From: Octopus vulgaris
Taxonomy: Eukaryota
Reading direction: 5' to 3'
Assembly: GCA_951406725.2 (NCBI GenBank)
Contig: OX597822.1
Coordinates: forward strand, 50,716,001 to 50,780,000
Length of the DNA stretch: 64,000 nt
Part shown: piece after piece, positions 52,418 through 64,000 of the stretch
Numbering within the stretch: position 1 is the stretch's first letter
How the letters are laid out: each line of letters begins with the position of its first letter
Made by a program: the position numbers and the translations under genes
Notes under the pieces: generated by a model
The model's database searches: none
What the model was told of the DNA's origin: nothing
The model's input: the letters and a program-made list of their open reading frames with translations, nothing else

Positions 52418-53311
52418 TGTATGTATGTATGTATGTATGTATGTATGTATGTAGGTATGTATGTATGCATGAGTGTTATTATGTATGCATGAGTGTTATT
52501 ATGTATATATACAACGTGAACACTAATAGCGTTTATTGTACTGTTTCTTTGTTGTTATATACTGGTGTTTTGTTAATTTTTCTGATATGTATTTCAATAT
52601 TATTCTGTTATACTTTCATCAAATTAGAATCAACATTTATAGTTAGGTACATTACCTTGTAGTATGACTTTATTATTTCTTATCAGTTATGTATTAACAG
52701 ATCAAGCACGTAACTAATATTTGAAATACCTTTTGAGCAAAGGAATGCTCCATTGATAAATTCAGTTTCATAATAACAACACGCAAAGAAATGTTCTGTT
52801 GGAGGCAAAATCTTATACCAAAATATATATAACATTTTTTTTACTCAGAATGTATATACAGCAATGGAGAGGAAAGCTGAGAAAAAAAGAAAAGATCTGA
52901 TATCCTCTTAGTCTTCTATCAGCACACAGAATGTGTAGATTTTGAAATCTATTTGTATTCGTACGTAAGCAGAACTAATAGGCTTATATGGTATTAACCT
53001 GCTTTTATTCTTCTGACTTGGATTTTATTAATACTTTTCTCTCAAGAAACTTTAAAATCCTTATTCGTTTTAGATGTAAAGAAAATATATATTTGTTATA
53101 TTTTGTCGGTAACATTTGTAAATATACATGAAGGAGCAAAATGTATCCAGTACATAACAAGTCGATGCATGAAGAGTTTTAAAACGGCATCAATACACAC
53201 ACATATATCCAGATACATGCATCCTTACATACACAAACATGCATACATACTTCAACACATACATATCATACATACATAAAAGCTTACATAGATACGTACC
53301 AACATACATGG

Positions 53312-53342
<31 letters not shown>

Positions 53343-53822
53343 CATACATACGTTACTGTATGTCTCTGCGCTTATATATTTTAAGAAATCATATAGCCAT
53401 GTAGAACTACAGGATTATATACGTTTGGTCAAATTCCATGCAATTTTATATTTCTTCACTGGAAGTATTTTATTTAGCAGCCAAGATTCGACTGACTGGA
53501 GCATTCGAAATTTATATATCATTTGCAAGAAAATTTACTTTGCACAGAAAAAAGAGCAATATATAAAGTTCTTTTTTATGCATAAACTTTATGTACATAT
53601 ATTATTTTATTTCATTCATTTATTTATTTAATGATAATCAGCCTCATAATTTGACGGAAGTATAATATTTTGCTCTTAGTCTCAAATACTTTTTGAGTTA
53701 TTCAGTTAACACATGAAAAAGACATCCAATGAAGGAAGATATGTAAATAATTGAAAATAGCAGTTAATATTTTTCTGTCAACATACAAATACGCGCTTCT
53801 CTCTCTCTTCCTATCTTTATAC

Positions 53823-53880
<58 letters not shown>

Positions 53881-54384
53881 CCATAAAAACAAACACATAC
53901 AATTATACACACAATCACACAAACATATATATATATATATATATATATATGCATGTATGTGTGTATATATATGTATGTGTGTGTTAGTATATCTATAACT
54001 ATATATATCTTTATGATTATATGTATATAGTCACGTATATGTACAAACACACTTCCACAAAAAGATATTCACAAATGCACAAACGCATAAGTACACACAC
54101 AGCTACACAGAAACAAACAAACACACACACACTCACACTCACACACCTATGCAGTTAATCGTGTTGGACAAAATATATAATATTAAAAATATATCCAATA
54201 AAGTCAAAATAAAAATTTGTAAATTTATCTCAGAAAGAAAAATACATAAAACATTCGTACTGCATCGTTAAATAATATATAAATCTTATCTTCAGAATTG
54301 GTATATTTAAAACGATTCCTTAGAGAAGATATGTACACCGAAACAAAAAACAGTTTAAAATGTCTTAACTGTAAATAACTCAAA

Positions 54385-54680
<296 letters not shown>

Positions 54681-55729
54681 AAGAAAGAGAGGTGAGGCGA
54701 GGTGAATCCTTTCAGCTTAGCTGCAGCAGTACAATGTTTTAAGTTTAGTGAAAATTTTAAAATTTGAAGTATTGATGTAATTTTTCAGTCTGAATCTCAA
54801 ACTCTTTTAGGGGAGTTACAAAGGGTTGAAGTTTGAAACTTAATAGTCAGTCGGGAAACAGGATTTGGAAGCTGTCATTTTTTGGACAACTGCACGTGTG
54901 ATCAACTGTAAACAAAATAATATTGGAGGAATTCTGCTTTGTGCATGCCATACCATCCCTCATAACTTTTGGAATATGGGGGAATTTTCGGGAATTTTTT
55001 TAAAATTTGGATTCTACACATGGGAATTTATCTAATTGTGCAAAAATATGAAAGAAAGACCAGCCTATTTAGCTATTAATTTAGCACATTTCACGACTAC
55101 CTCATACCATGTGTTAAACCATATAATAAGCGAAAAATGATCGCGTGGGTAAGAAACTTGGTAACAGCTTGATTTGTTACTATAGAAACACACACCTATA
55201 CGTCTGAAGATTTCGACTGATTAAAATCGCCCAAACTTTGCAAATTTTAAAAGCTATCAACGCTTTATTTATTGATGTATGGTGAAAATGAATTTTAGGT
55301 CAATAATTAGCATACAAAAATACACTAATATACCAAGTATGGAATAAATTGGCACAACATTTTAAGAAATTTTAAAGTGGCAGCCAAACAGAAAACATCC
55401 TACACACACAGACACACACACACACACACACATGCATACACACACAGGTACACAACTCCGAATTGAAGTATTGGAAAGGTTAAAATCCAGGCTAGATATG
55501 TTTCTTAGCTGATCCTGTAATGTAATAATCACTCAACCAGGGGTACTCCGCTACGGTATCCAGCGGGTCAATGATACCTTAATTATACGGAGGGTTTACT
55601 GTTGTTTGTAATTCAGAAGTGTTTGAAGAAATAAAGCGATGAAGGATAGTCATCTTAATCAGGAATGGGTAAACAAAGTAAGAGACAATGTGAGCCGATT
55701 CTTTAAATACTAAGTTAAAATATATTTAA

Positions 55730-55900
55730 TAAATATAAGCACAAACAAGCGGCAAAGTGACACAGGAGGTCACCAAATCCTCATTTCTTATCAGCCAAAT
55801 GATTTCAGCAATTTCGCAATTCCGCACGAAATTGGCCGATATCAGATGAATATGTGGCGACCTTCAGTGTGTGTTTTCTGTTTGTTCTTATATATATTTT
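55730..55900. mobile_element. Degenerate fold-back (MITE-like) palindrome
   Basis: atataagcacaaacaag..acacaggaggtcacca..tatcagccaa is inverted against ttggccgatat..tggcgaccttcagtgtgt..tgtttgttcttatat. Confidence 0.65.
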
Positions 55901-56291
55901 TAATTTAAAAATACTAATGGATAGTTGATGGTGTTATTGTCAATCGCTTGACAACTTCACATTGAAAATATACACACACTTTACACCTGTAGTATCAGCA
56001 TAAATATATACGGGCGCCCACACGCTCGCACAAGCACACTCGCAAACAAACTATGGTCGAGCATGCGTTTACAGTACGTGAAATTTCCCTTGTATGCAAG
56101 TATATACACAAATATATCTAAGTGCCTACGGCTGAATATTTGGTCTTTAATTTTCCCCATTTTTATCGCATATTCCCCCGCCTAATTTTGTATTCAATAC
56201 TACACAGACATCACAAAGAAGCATTCGACTCCTTCGCAAAATATTCCCCTTCTCCGACGGTTTTCAACGACTGTTATTTTTTTTTCAGCAG

Positions 56292-56369
56292 AACTATACT
56301 GAAATTTAACCATAGCTTTTGCCTACCGAATTTTAATTTAAAATTTCAAAGCATGTCCAAGACCTTCAG
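56292..56369 (+). CDS. Candidate 78-nt exon (TILKFNHSFCLPNFNLKFQSMSKTF, phase 2-2)
   Basis: ttatttttttttcagcag|aact...cttcag|gtatct. Confidence 0.3.
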
Positions 56370-56709
56370 GTATCTTTAAATGTCTTGCAAGTTCTATTTA
56401 TTTAATTTTCATTTTAAGTTATTTTATTATTTTTGTATCTTAATAAAATAGCTTTTGTTAACCTTTACACGGTTATATACCACTGAATATTATTACCTAA
56501 AATAATTCATTTTCTTAATTTAATTTATTTTATTCATTTATCAATATATTTTCCTTCCATCACTAACTATATTCGTTTATAGATATATTACTCCCTTTCC
56601 TCACAATATTTTCTTCTTTGCATATATTCAACACACTTGTTTTTTCCTACACGTATATGTACATATTTTGTGTAGATGTATATGCATGCTTTGTAGGTGT
56701 TAATATGAA

Positions 56710-56755
<46 letters not shown>

Positions 56756-56816
56756 GTACGCCGCTTTGTATGTGTATATTTGTCTATATGTGTACGTATA
56801 TATGCGTTTTTGTATG

Positions 56817-57718
56817 TACGAGGTCTGATCGTATGCGGACCGTTGCCAAAGTAACGAAGCTAAAGTACGCAGAGTAAAACCGTTTGAGACAGATTGACTT
56901 GGAACACTGCAGTGCAGGCGTACTAAGTTTCAACGATGTAACTAAAGTTTGCTGTCTACAGCACTGTTTAGAAGGAAGGTGTGTGACGTGTGATCGTTGC
57001 ATTGACAATGAGACAATGACAGGGCAAGTTTAGCAGAGAATATACTTGAAATTTTGCCAAAAGCTTACTAAAACCTGCTCAGAGGATTACGCAATGTTTT
57101 CAAAACTAAAACCTGAGTGTCTTTTTGGTCAGCTGAAGTTGTTTTAGCACAGACTTGGCAGAAAAACGTCTCATATTCAAATCGTTAGTGATAATAGTCT
57201 GAACTGAACCGTAACTAATCTACACACTCTCTGATAAATCACGGATGGTTATTCGATGATTTCCTTTCACAGCTGCATGAACATCTACAATGATTTTCTA
57301 AGTTCTGCTGGTTACGCGTCTCCTAGAACTTTCCTCAGTACCGACATTTTTTCGGCCATCTTGGAAACGTCTGAAACACACGTACACTTGCGTGCACCTC
57401 ATACACCCCTCTTCGTACACTTTCTACATATGAAAATCGTGATCGAGCAAGCTGTTGCTCTTTTGCTCGATGTGTGGTTCCCGTCCATGCTGAGCTCGTA
57501 TTGCCATAACTTACTTCATCATGATCAATGCAACGAACACAACATATACACCTTCCTTTCAAGCACTGCTTTAAACATCGGAAGTGAGCTAGAACGATAA
57601 ACGTTAGTGCGCTTGTACAGCAGAGTTCAAGGTCAATCTTTGACAAGCTGCTATACTGTGACTCCTTTAGCTTCGCTACCGTTGCAAAAATGCGAATACT
57701 TATTGATCAGACCTCGTA
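56817..57718. mobile_element. Non-autonomous mariner derivative (same family as 29119-29957)
   Basis: TA-cgaggtctgatc... / ...ttattgatcagacctcg-TA; same two-arm architecture. Confidence 0.9.
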
Positions 57719-58038
57719 TGTGTATTAATTTATAACGTACGAGATCTGATCGTATGCGGACTGTTGCCAAAATAAACGGGAATTTCTATCTGTCCGTCCG
57801 GACCCTTCCCTCGCTATCTCATTCCATATTTGGTCTACATAGACATATAATACATTTATGTAATCAGGATTATCCCGAGATTGGAAATCTGGTTCTTGAT
57901 CATGCAGCATTGAGTTCTGGATGAGGATTTGTTATACCCTAACAGTTGAAAATACAAATTTTAAAATAGCTCTGAATTCAATGTAATATCATACTTTTAG
58001 TGTACCAATAAATGTTTTATTACTATTGCTCTCTTTAG

Positions 58039-58071
58039 TCTTGGGTCGCAAGGTCAATTAGCCCACCGCAG
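58039..58071 (+). CDS. Candidate 33-nt exon
   Basis: tattgctctctttag|tcttgg...ccgcag|gtgaat; symmetric length. Confidence 0.35.
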
Positions 58072-58115
58072 GTGAATTTTACGTATAGCAACATGTATTT
58101 ATAGATAGGTAAACA

Positions 58116-58149
<34 letters not shown>

Positions 58150-58153
<4 letters not shown>

Positions 58154-58445
58154 AGTGATCACAGTGACCGACCAGGCTATCAGAAGTTGCTACACATCAC
58201 AATGCATTGCTTTAGCCTTCAAATGACGCCACCCCGCTGGCTAAGCGAGCAGGCCAACAGAAGAAAGAGAGAAAGTTGTGGTGAAAGAGTACAGTAGGGA
58301 TCGACCCCATCCCCACTGCCGAAGGCTCGTGCATCTTTAGGTGTTTTCGCTCAATAAATACTCACAACGTCCGGTCTGGGATTCGAAACCGCGATCCTAC
58401 GACCGCGAGGCCGCTGTCCTAACCACTGGGTCATTGACCCTTCAC
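58150..58445 (-). mobile_element. tRNA-derived SINE with the same head as 31615 but a different 3' tail
   Basis: Reverse complement aatgacccagtggttaggacagcgg...gtttcgaatcccagaccgg...gagcgaaaacacctaaag. Confidence 0.9.
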
Positions 58446-58689
58446 AAACACACACACACAGTTTTTTGATCGAGTTCTCAGTCGATTTCTATTGTCTGCA
58501 TGTCACTGATCGACCCATACTTCCTTTTAAGATCCTTAAGTTGCTCTTTACAAATAACTACGCCACTCGCATTATCAAAGTTGTCATCAACATCGCACAC
58601 CTTCACAACCTCGTCCATTCTGTCCATCTCCTCCGCCAATTTTTCAGTCGACCCACAGAATATTATAATATAAATCATTTAGTAGGGTG

Positions 58690-60715
58690 GAGGCTAGGGG
58701 ACGTTCAGTTCATGTCTGCTTGCTCGTTTTTTTTGTAGGGGCAGTGTCAGGATTAGTGTTTGCTGGTGCGCGGCGGGGGCTAGTAGCAGACGGGCGCAGG
58801 GTGGGGAAGAGGGGGTAGGAGAGGGATGGGTGGTCGGTTTGGGGATATTCATCACGGGTATGTTGTCTCTTCCTTAGTTTCCTTCTAAGCTTGTTTCGGC
58901 AGTCCATTCTTTCACTGCTTCCTCTTGTTCACATGGATCCCCAATTTGTATTTCCATCGCCTTTGATGCCATACTGAGTAGAAGTGCGCTTTCCACTGCC
59001 TGAAACACTCGAATATTTGCAAAGGGCGGAAGGCACTCAGCGCTCCTTGTCTACATGACCAAAGTCAAGACTACAGGTCACAAATTTGTGACCAAATGGA
59101 ATTGTGACAACTATGTCTTTTTCTTTACATCTAACTATAATCGTATCTAAATAAGATTTAAAATACCCATCGTTGTTAGCCAATGTCCACACTAGAGCAT
59201 CCATGAATTCTAGCCTGTATCGATCTGCCAGCTAATATTAACTGAGCGGATCGCTGCGACATAAGTTTCCCTTCCTTTCTGGATTCGACCCATCACTACT
59301 TACGTGTGCATCGCACATTGTGTTAAAGTTTCCCAAAACATTAAAGTGTGTGACGTTTTTAGAAAATTCTCTAGACTTCGAAAATATTCTGACTACAAGG
59401 AGCATAGACAGCCACCAACCTGAAGGTCTTATCACTGCTGTGCGTCACATCAACGACGACCAGATTGCCCTCAGGGTGAACAAATATCGTTCTCAACTGT
59501 AGTTTCAAATCTTTCCTGAGTAGTAACGTAACACCTACCTACCCCCTTCAGGCTGTCATGGAGAAATAATTTCTCGTAGCCGTTTAGGAGTGAGAAACCC
59601 CGCAGTTCACTCAGTTTGATTTCTGTAATAATGACAATATCTAAACTGTGTGACCTGAGATCGTTAAGGAGGCGACCTTGTTTCCAATCCAATCCCAGGC
59701 TGCAAACACTTATACAGCATACCTTAAGAGAAGACAAATAATATTCATAACTAGTGCTGGGAGATTGACCCCTCTTATCGTCCGTCGCTGTCGAGCCACT
59801 TGGCAGAATAATGAATTGGTGGAATAATGATGAATTGGCGGAATAATGAAGCTGAGAATTTTAGTCCTCAAATGATCTACGTCACCTGGGATTGAAGATT
59901 TAAGTTTAGATGCAGTTCTTTATCCATGTAAATGAAATGATCACTTTCCGTCTGTGGGGGGGGGCTGTTGAATGGATTTTTTGATTTAACTAATCTTTTT
60001 AAGTTTTTTCACTCTTCACATAGAACGTAGATATGAGCCCTTTTTTGAAGTTGGGGATATTGGGGTTCCTGTGTGTCTGCCATTGCGTTTTTTGTGTAGG
60101 AACAGGGATGGGAATCGTGTCAGAGGTAGCTTGGAGGGGCATGGTGTATGCGAGGGTAGGGCAGGGATCAGTGACTATGGGGGTTGGGTAGGAATGTTAT
60201 CTGCGGGGTCAGGGTGGGAATCGGTGTCTATCGGGGAAGGGTGGGAACTGGTGTCTGTGTGTGCAGGAAGAGGGTCTTTTGTTTTTTTTCCCAATAATAG
60301 TCCAGTCGTCGTCTTTGTTGTCTTCGTCACTGCCGCTGGTGTCGCCAGAGGATGAGGAGCTGCTGCTTCTACTGCTGGAGGTACAGCTGCTTTGCATAGT
60401 GGTCGGTTCTCTTGTGGTTTAGTTGGAAGGCACTCTGCACTTATGTGGCCCTTCCGAACACACTTAAAACAACGAGGTTTTCTATCCTCCACCGTAACAC
60501 TTAGCTTCGTGTCGTTACCCACCAGTATGGTGTCAACAATCTCCTCGGGGTCCAGAGGGCCAGCCTGGATTAGTATCTCTAATCCCTGTCAGTTCTGCGA
60601 TTTGATGTTGGTTGCATGGAGGATTTTTTTTCCTCCAAGCCTAATTTAATTGCCGCCACCAACCAGGCAATTATTGGTGAAATCTCTCCCACGTTAACCT
60701 TGGATGTCTACCTAT
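58690..60715 (-). mobile_element. Tx1/L1-like LINE relic: ORF1 CCHC knuckle and APE endonuclease N-terminus
   Basis: PRCFKCVRKGHISAEC; LKVCCISVCSL..SLDIVIITEIKL; VLGNFN; SYLDTIIV. Confidence 0.8.
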
Positions 60716-61079
60716 TGTTTTTAATTTATCTTTCATTATAATCTCACATTTCAAGCATCCCTCTCATATGTATATAATACAATTCATTGAACCCTCAGAT
60801 TTTTATATCCTAGACCACTAGTGTGAGATTGATGTTAATTAAATTGATATCCAGTTTCTCACCCTGATTTTAAATTTAAGTTTAGATTAACACGTTCTCT
60901 AACTGGTAAAAGTCCCTGCAATAAATTATTTCCTGCAGTATTATTTTCCGGTAATTTAGCGCGCCAAAACGAAGACATTTGAAAAGTTACCACGGGTGTA
61001 ATAGGTAGAAATATATACAGATCCGACTGTGTGCAGATGTCCTGGTAAATAGTTATGTAAATTATATTTGTTTGGACGG

Positions 61080-61142
61080 TCACACCGAAGGTCTACGGAC
61101 CAATTGGGTACGTAATCTGTTAATAGTGAAACATGTATGTGA
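61080..61142 (+). ncRNA. Hammerhead-like motif with mutated core
   Basis: UCACA-CCGAAGG-UCUA...UAGU-GAAA-CAUG-UA-UGUGA; perfect stem I, palindromic ACAUGU. Confidence 0.6.
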
Positions 61143-61281
61143 ATAACCCATACTTTGTTGCTTTTCTTTGTTGTTGCTGGGTTACGTTCTGGTGTTTGCT
61201 AAACTTTTCTTGCGAACGTTTCTTTGAGGTAAGACCATAGCAGATCTACCTCTTGCATAAGGGTTGTTCACATAGTGGCCA

Positions 61282-61370
<89 letters not shown>

Positions 61371-61654
61371 ATATAGCTATATATGGGTGCGTGTTGTCAA
61401 ATAAAAAGCCAACAAACATATTTATCCACAATGTCAATATCTTGGTTTGGTAGTTTCTTTCAGAGAACTAAAGTGTCTGTTAAATGCATATGCACATATC
61501 AGGCGAAGTATCACTACTCACCCTCCCTAATGCACATTTTAGATGATCAAAATATACATCAAAAATTAATTCAAACGATACATTCAAATTTTCTATCTTG
61601 TGTATATATCTATCTTATGTACACGCAGACATGCAAATACTCGCACATGCGCAC

Positions 61655-61968
61655 TCTTTTACTTGTTTCAGTCATATGAGTGTGGCCATGCTGGAGCACC
61701 ACCTTTAGTGGAGCAAATCGACCCCAGAACTTATTCTTTGTAAGCCTAGTACTTATTCTATCGGTCTCTTATACCGAACCGCTAAGTTACGGGGACGTAA
61801 ACACACCAGATTACGACGGGCTTCTTTCAGTTTCCGTCTACCAAATTCACTCATAAGTCTTTGGTTGGCCCGAGGCTATAGTAGAAGACACTTACTCAAG
61901 GAGCCACGCTGTGGGACTGAACCCAGAAACATGTGGTTCGTAAGCAAACTACTTACCACACAGCCATG
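61655..61968 (-). mobile_element. Near full-length tRNA-derived SINE
   Basis: Minus-strand head gcatggctgtgtggtaagtagtttgc...gggttcagtcccac; body shared with several copies in the window. Confidence 0.9.
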
Positions 61969-63338
61969 CTTCTATATATCGGATTTACTTCTGGGTTTTC
62001 AGTATTGAAGGGAGCTATATGAGGCATCCAACAATTGCAGTTGATGTAAACTATATTTAACCGATGTAATCAAATCATAATAAATGCATATAAAAATTAT
62101 TTTCGTGATATACTAAGTTATTGATTGGTTTCATCCTAGAGGAAACTTTTTCACTTTCGATATATCTTAAATAAGTAACATAACATTCTCTCAATGCTAC
62201 AAAGCAATAAATGAAATTTCTTAGAAAATCATATATAAATCCTGTTAATTTAGAAAAGGTTACAATAACCAAATCTGCTGTCCTTGTCTGTCACACTTCT
62301 GCATTTAGATGTGACAGGATTAATTCAAAGTGAAATTAGATTTCTGATATCATTAATTTTGTAGATTATAAAATAAAATAAATATATATTGCCACATGTA
62401 AATTACGTTTAGTATATTTTGAAATTATCTCAACATTTCGTTTTATCCATAAACAGCTGCCAGTTATGATTTATCCAGTGTATAAGCAACTGTCATGTAA
62501 AAGTAGTGGTTTCGAAGCAAAATCTCAGTAGATTCACGGATTGTGCAAAATAAAAATTGAAAAAATGAAAGAAAGATGTCATGAAAGAGCTATTCATGAA
62601 TTTGTAATTTCAATTTTGTTCTGGTTATCTAGAGATTTCAAAGTAATTACTTTTCTTTTAAACAAGATAATTGAATGGAAAAATTATTCTTCTCTGGTAA
62701 TTCACTTTTGTAATAGGAAAATTCAGTTTTATGTACATTTATTTTCTGTAATGGAAAAATATAGCTGCGACTGTAAGAAGTGCAATAATTACGGTTAGTA
62801 TAATAGTGAGGGAATGAATAAATAGCTTTATAACAAGGTATAGTAACATTTTAGTAACCCGTCAGGGTTGTTGAATCGTGTTGTTGAACACACGAATACA
62901 CACACACACATACATACATATATATGTATATGTGTGTGTGCTTTTGTGTGTAGGCGGGTGTGCGTTCGAATGTGGGTGTTTTCTGAGAGTGCGTTTTGTA
63001 TGTCAAAAAATGAGAATATGTCAATACTTAACACAATTGTGTGAAATTAACAAATAATAAAAATCAATCAATTGATTTTGTCTATACTTATATGTGCACA
63101 ACACATATTTACGTCTTTAGTTTTATAACAATGAATGAAAATTTTACATTTTGCATATATAGTAGTTTTAATAAAACAGACAACTGATGCGTAAAATTAA
63201 GTCGTAAGACAGCAGTAATTTTTTTTCCTCACGAACAATGGAAACACACACAGTATTACACAGCTATAATCCCTAAGGTGTAAGAACTAGAACGAACGTT
63301 CAAAGTCAGAGAAACAGAACCAGCATCAAACGCATATC

Positions 63339-63399
<61 letters not shown>

Positions 63400-63609
63400 T
63401 GTGTTTTTTATTTTATTTTTGGTATTTTATTTTTGATGTTGTAGTAGGCATTGATGAGCGCTTAAGAAGTTCAGTTCCCTAGTATATGATTTTGGTTCCA
63501 TCTCATTTTGTAACAACCTAGGAATTATCTTCTACAATATCTCTTGGCCGAAAAATGAATTGACGCTGAAGCTTTTGACGGAATCTGTGGGTAAGCCCAG
63601 GTGCAAATT

Positions 63610-63670
<61 letters not shown>

Positions 63671-63690
63671 ATAGATAGATAGATAGATAT

Positions 63691-63741
<51 letters not shown>

Positions 63742-63764
63742 TATAGATAGATGATAGAGACATA

Positions 63765-64000
63765 TCATTCTTAAGTCCTCCTGCGCCGTCTGGTGCACTG
63801 GGCGGCAAGGCGTCTCCAACGTTGTCAGTCGGCCGCAGCAATTTCAGCTTCATCCCCTGAAATGTGAAAGGCGTTGACGTCATCGATGAAGGTGCAGCGC
63901 CAAGTTGATTTTAGTGGGCCATATTTTCTCTTGTCATGCGGTGGCTTCCTCAAAATGGTGGTTTTCGGCTGCAGCGACGATGGTAATCGGAGGACATGGC
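63765..64000 (-). mobile_element. RTE-clade LINE 3' end, cut by window edge
   Basis: HVLRLP..KRKYGPLKSTWRCTFIDD..EAEIAAAD..RWRRLAAQC...T*. Confidence 0.85.

Overview
AT-rich eukaryotic nuclear DNA dense in microsatellites ((TA)n, (CA)n, (TAA)n, (GATA)n, (GAA)n). There are no prokaryotic features, rRNA, true tRNA or CRISPR. The tRNA-headed SINEs and overall repeat mix suggest a cephalopod (Octopus-like) genome; this is inference, not checked. Most ORFs in the supplied track are microsatellite artefacts. Identifiable content is mostly transposon-derived: a nearly intact, 5'-truncated R4/Dong-like RT+RLE LINE inside (TAA)n (18.7-21.6 kb), a stack of older R4/Dong ends (12.0-15.3 kb), Penelope-like elements (Neptune-like at 34.4-36.2 kb, Naiad-like relics), CR1/L2, Tx1/L1, RTE, mariner and Helitron relics, SINEs, and a possible old NUMT. 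Two things stand out. (1) About a dozen type-I hammerhead ribozyme motifs from several unrelated short families, mostly near (TA)n tracts; one is in the terminal repeat of a Penelope-like element. (2) A set of 13-63 nt candidate + strand exons spread over about 43 kb that splice into one open frame, suggesting an unannotated micro-exon gene. Both were read by eye and need RNA-level or computational confirmation.
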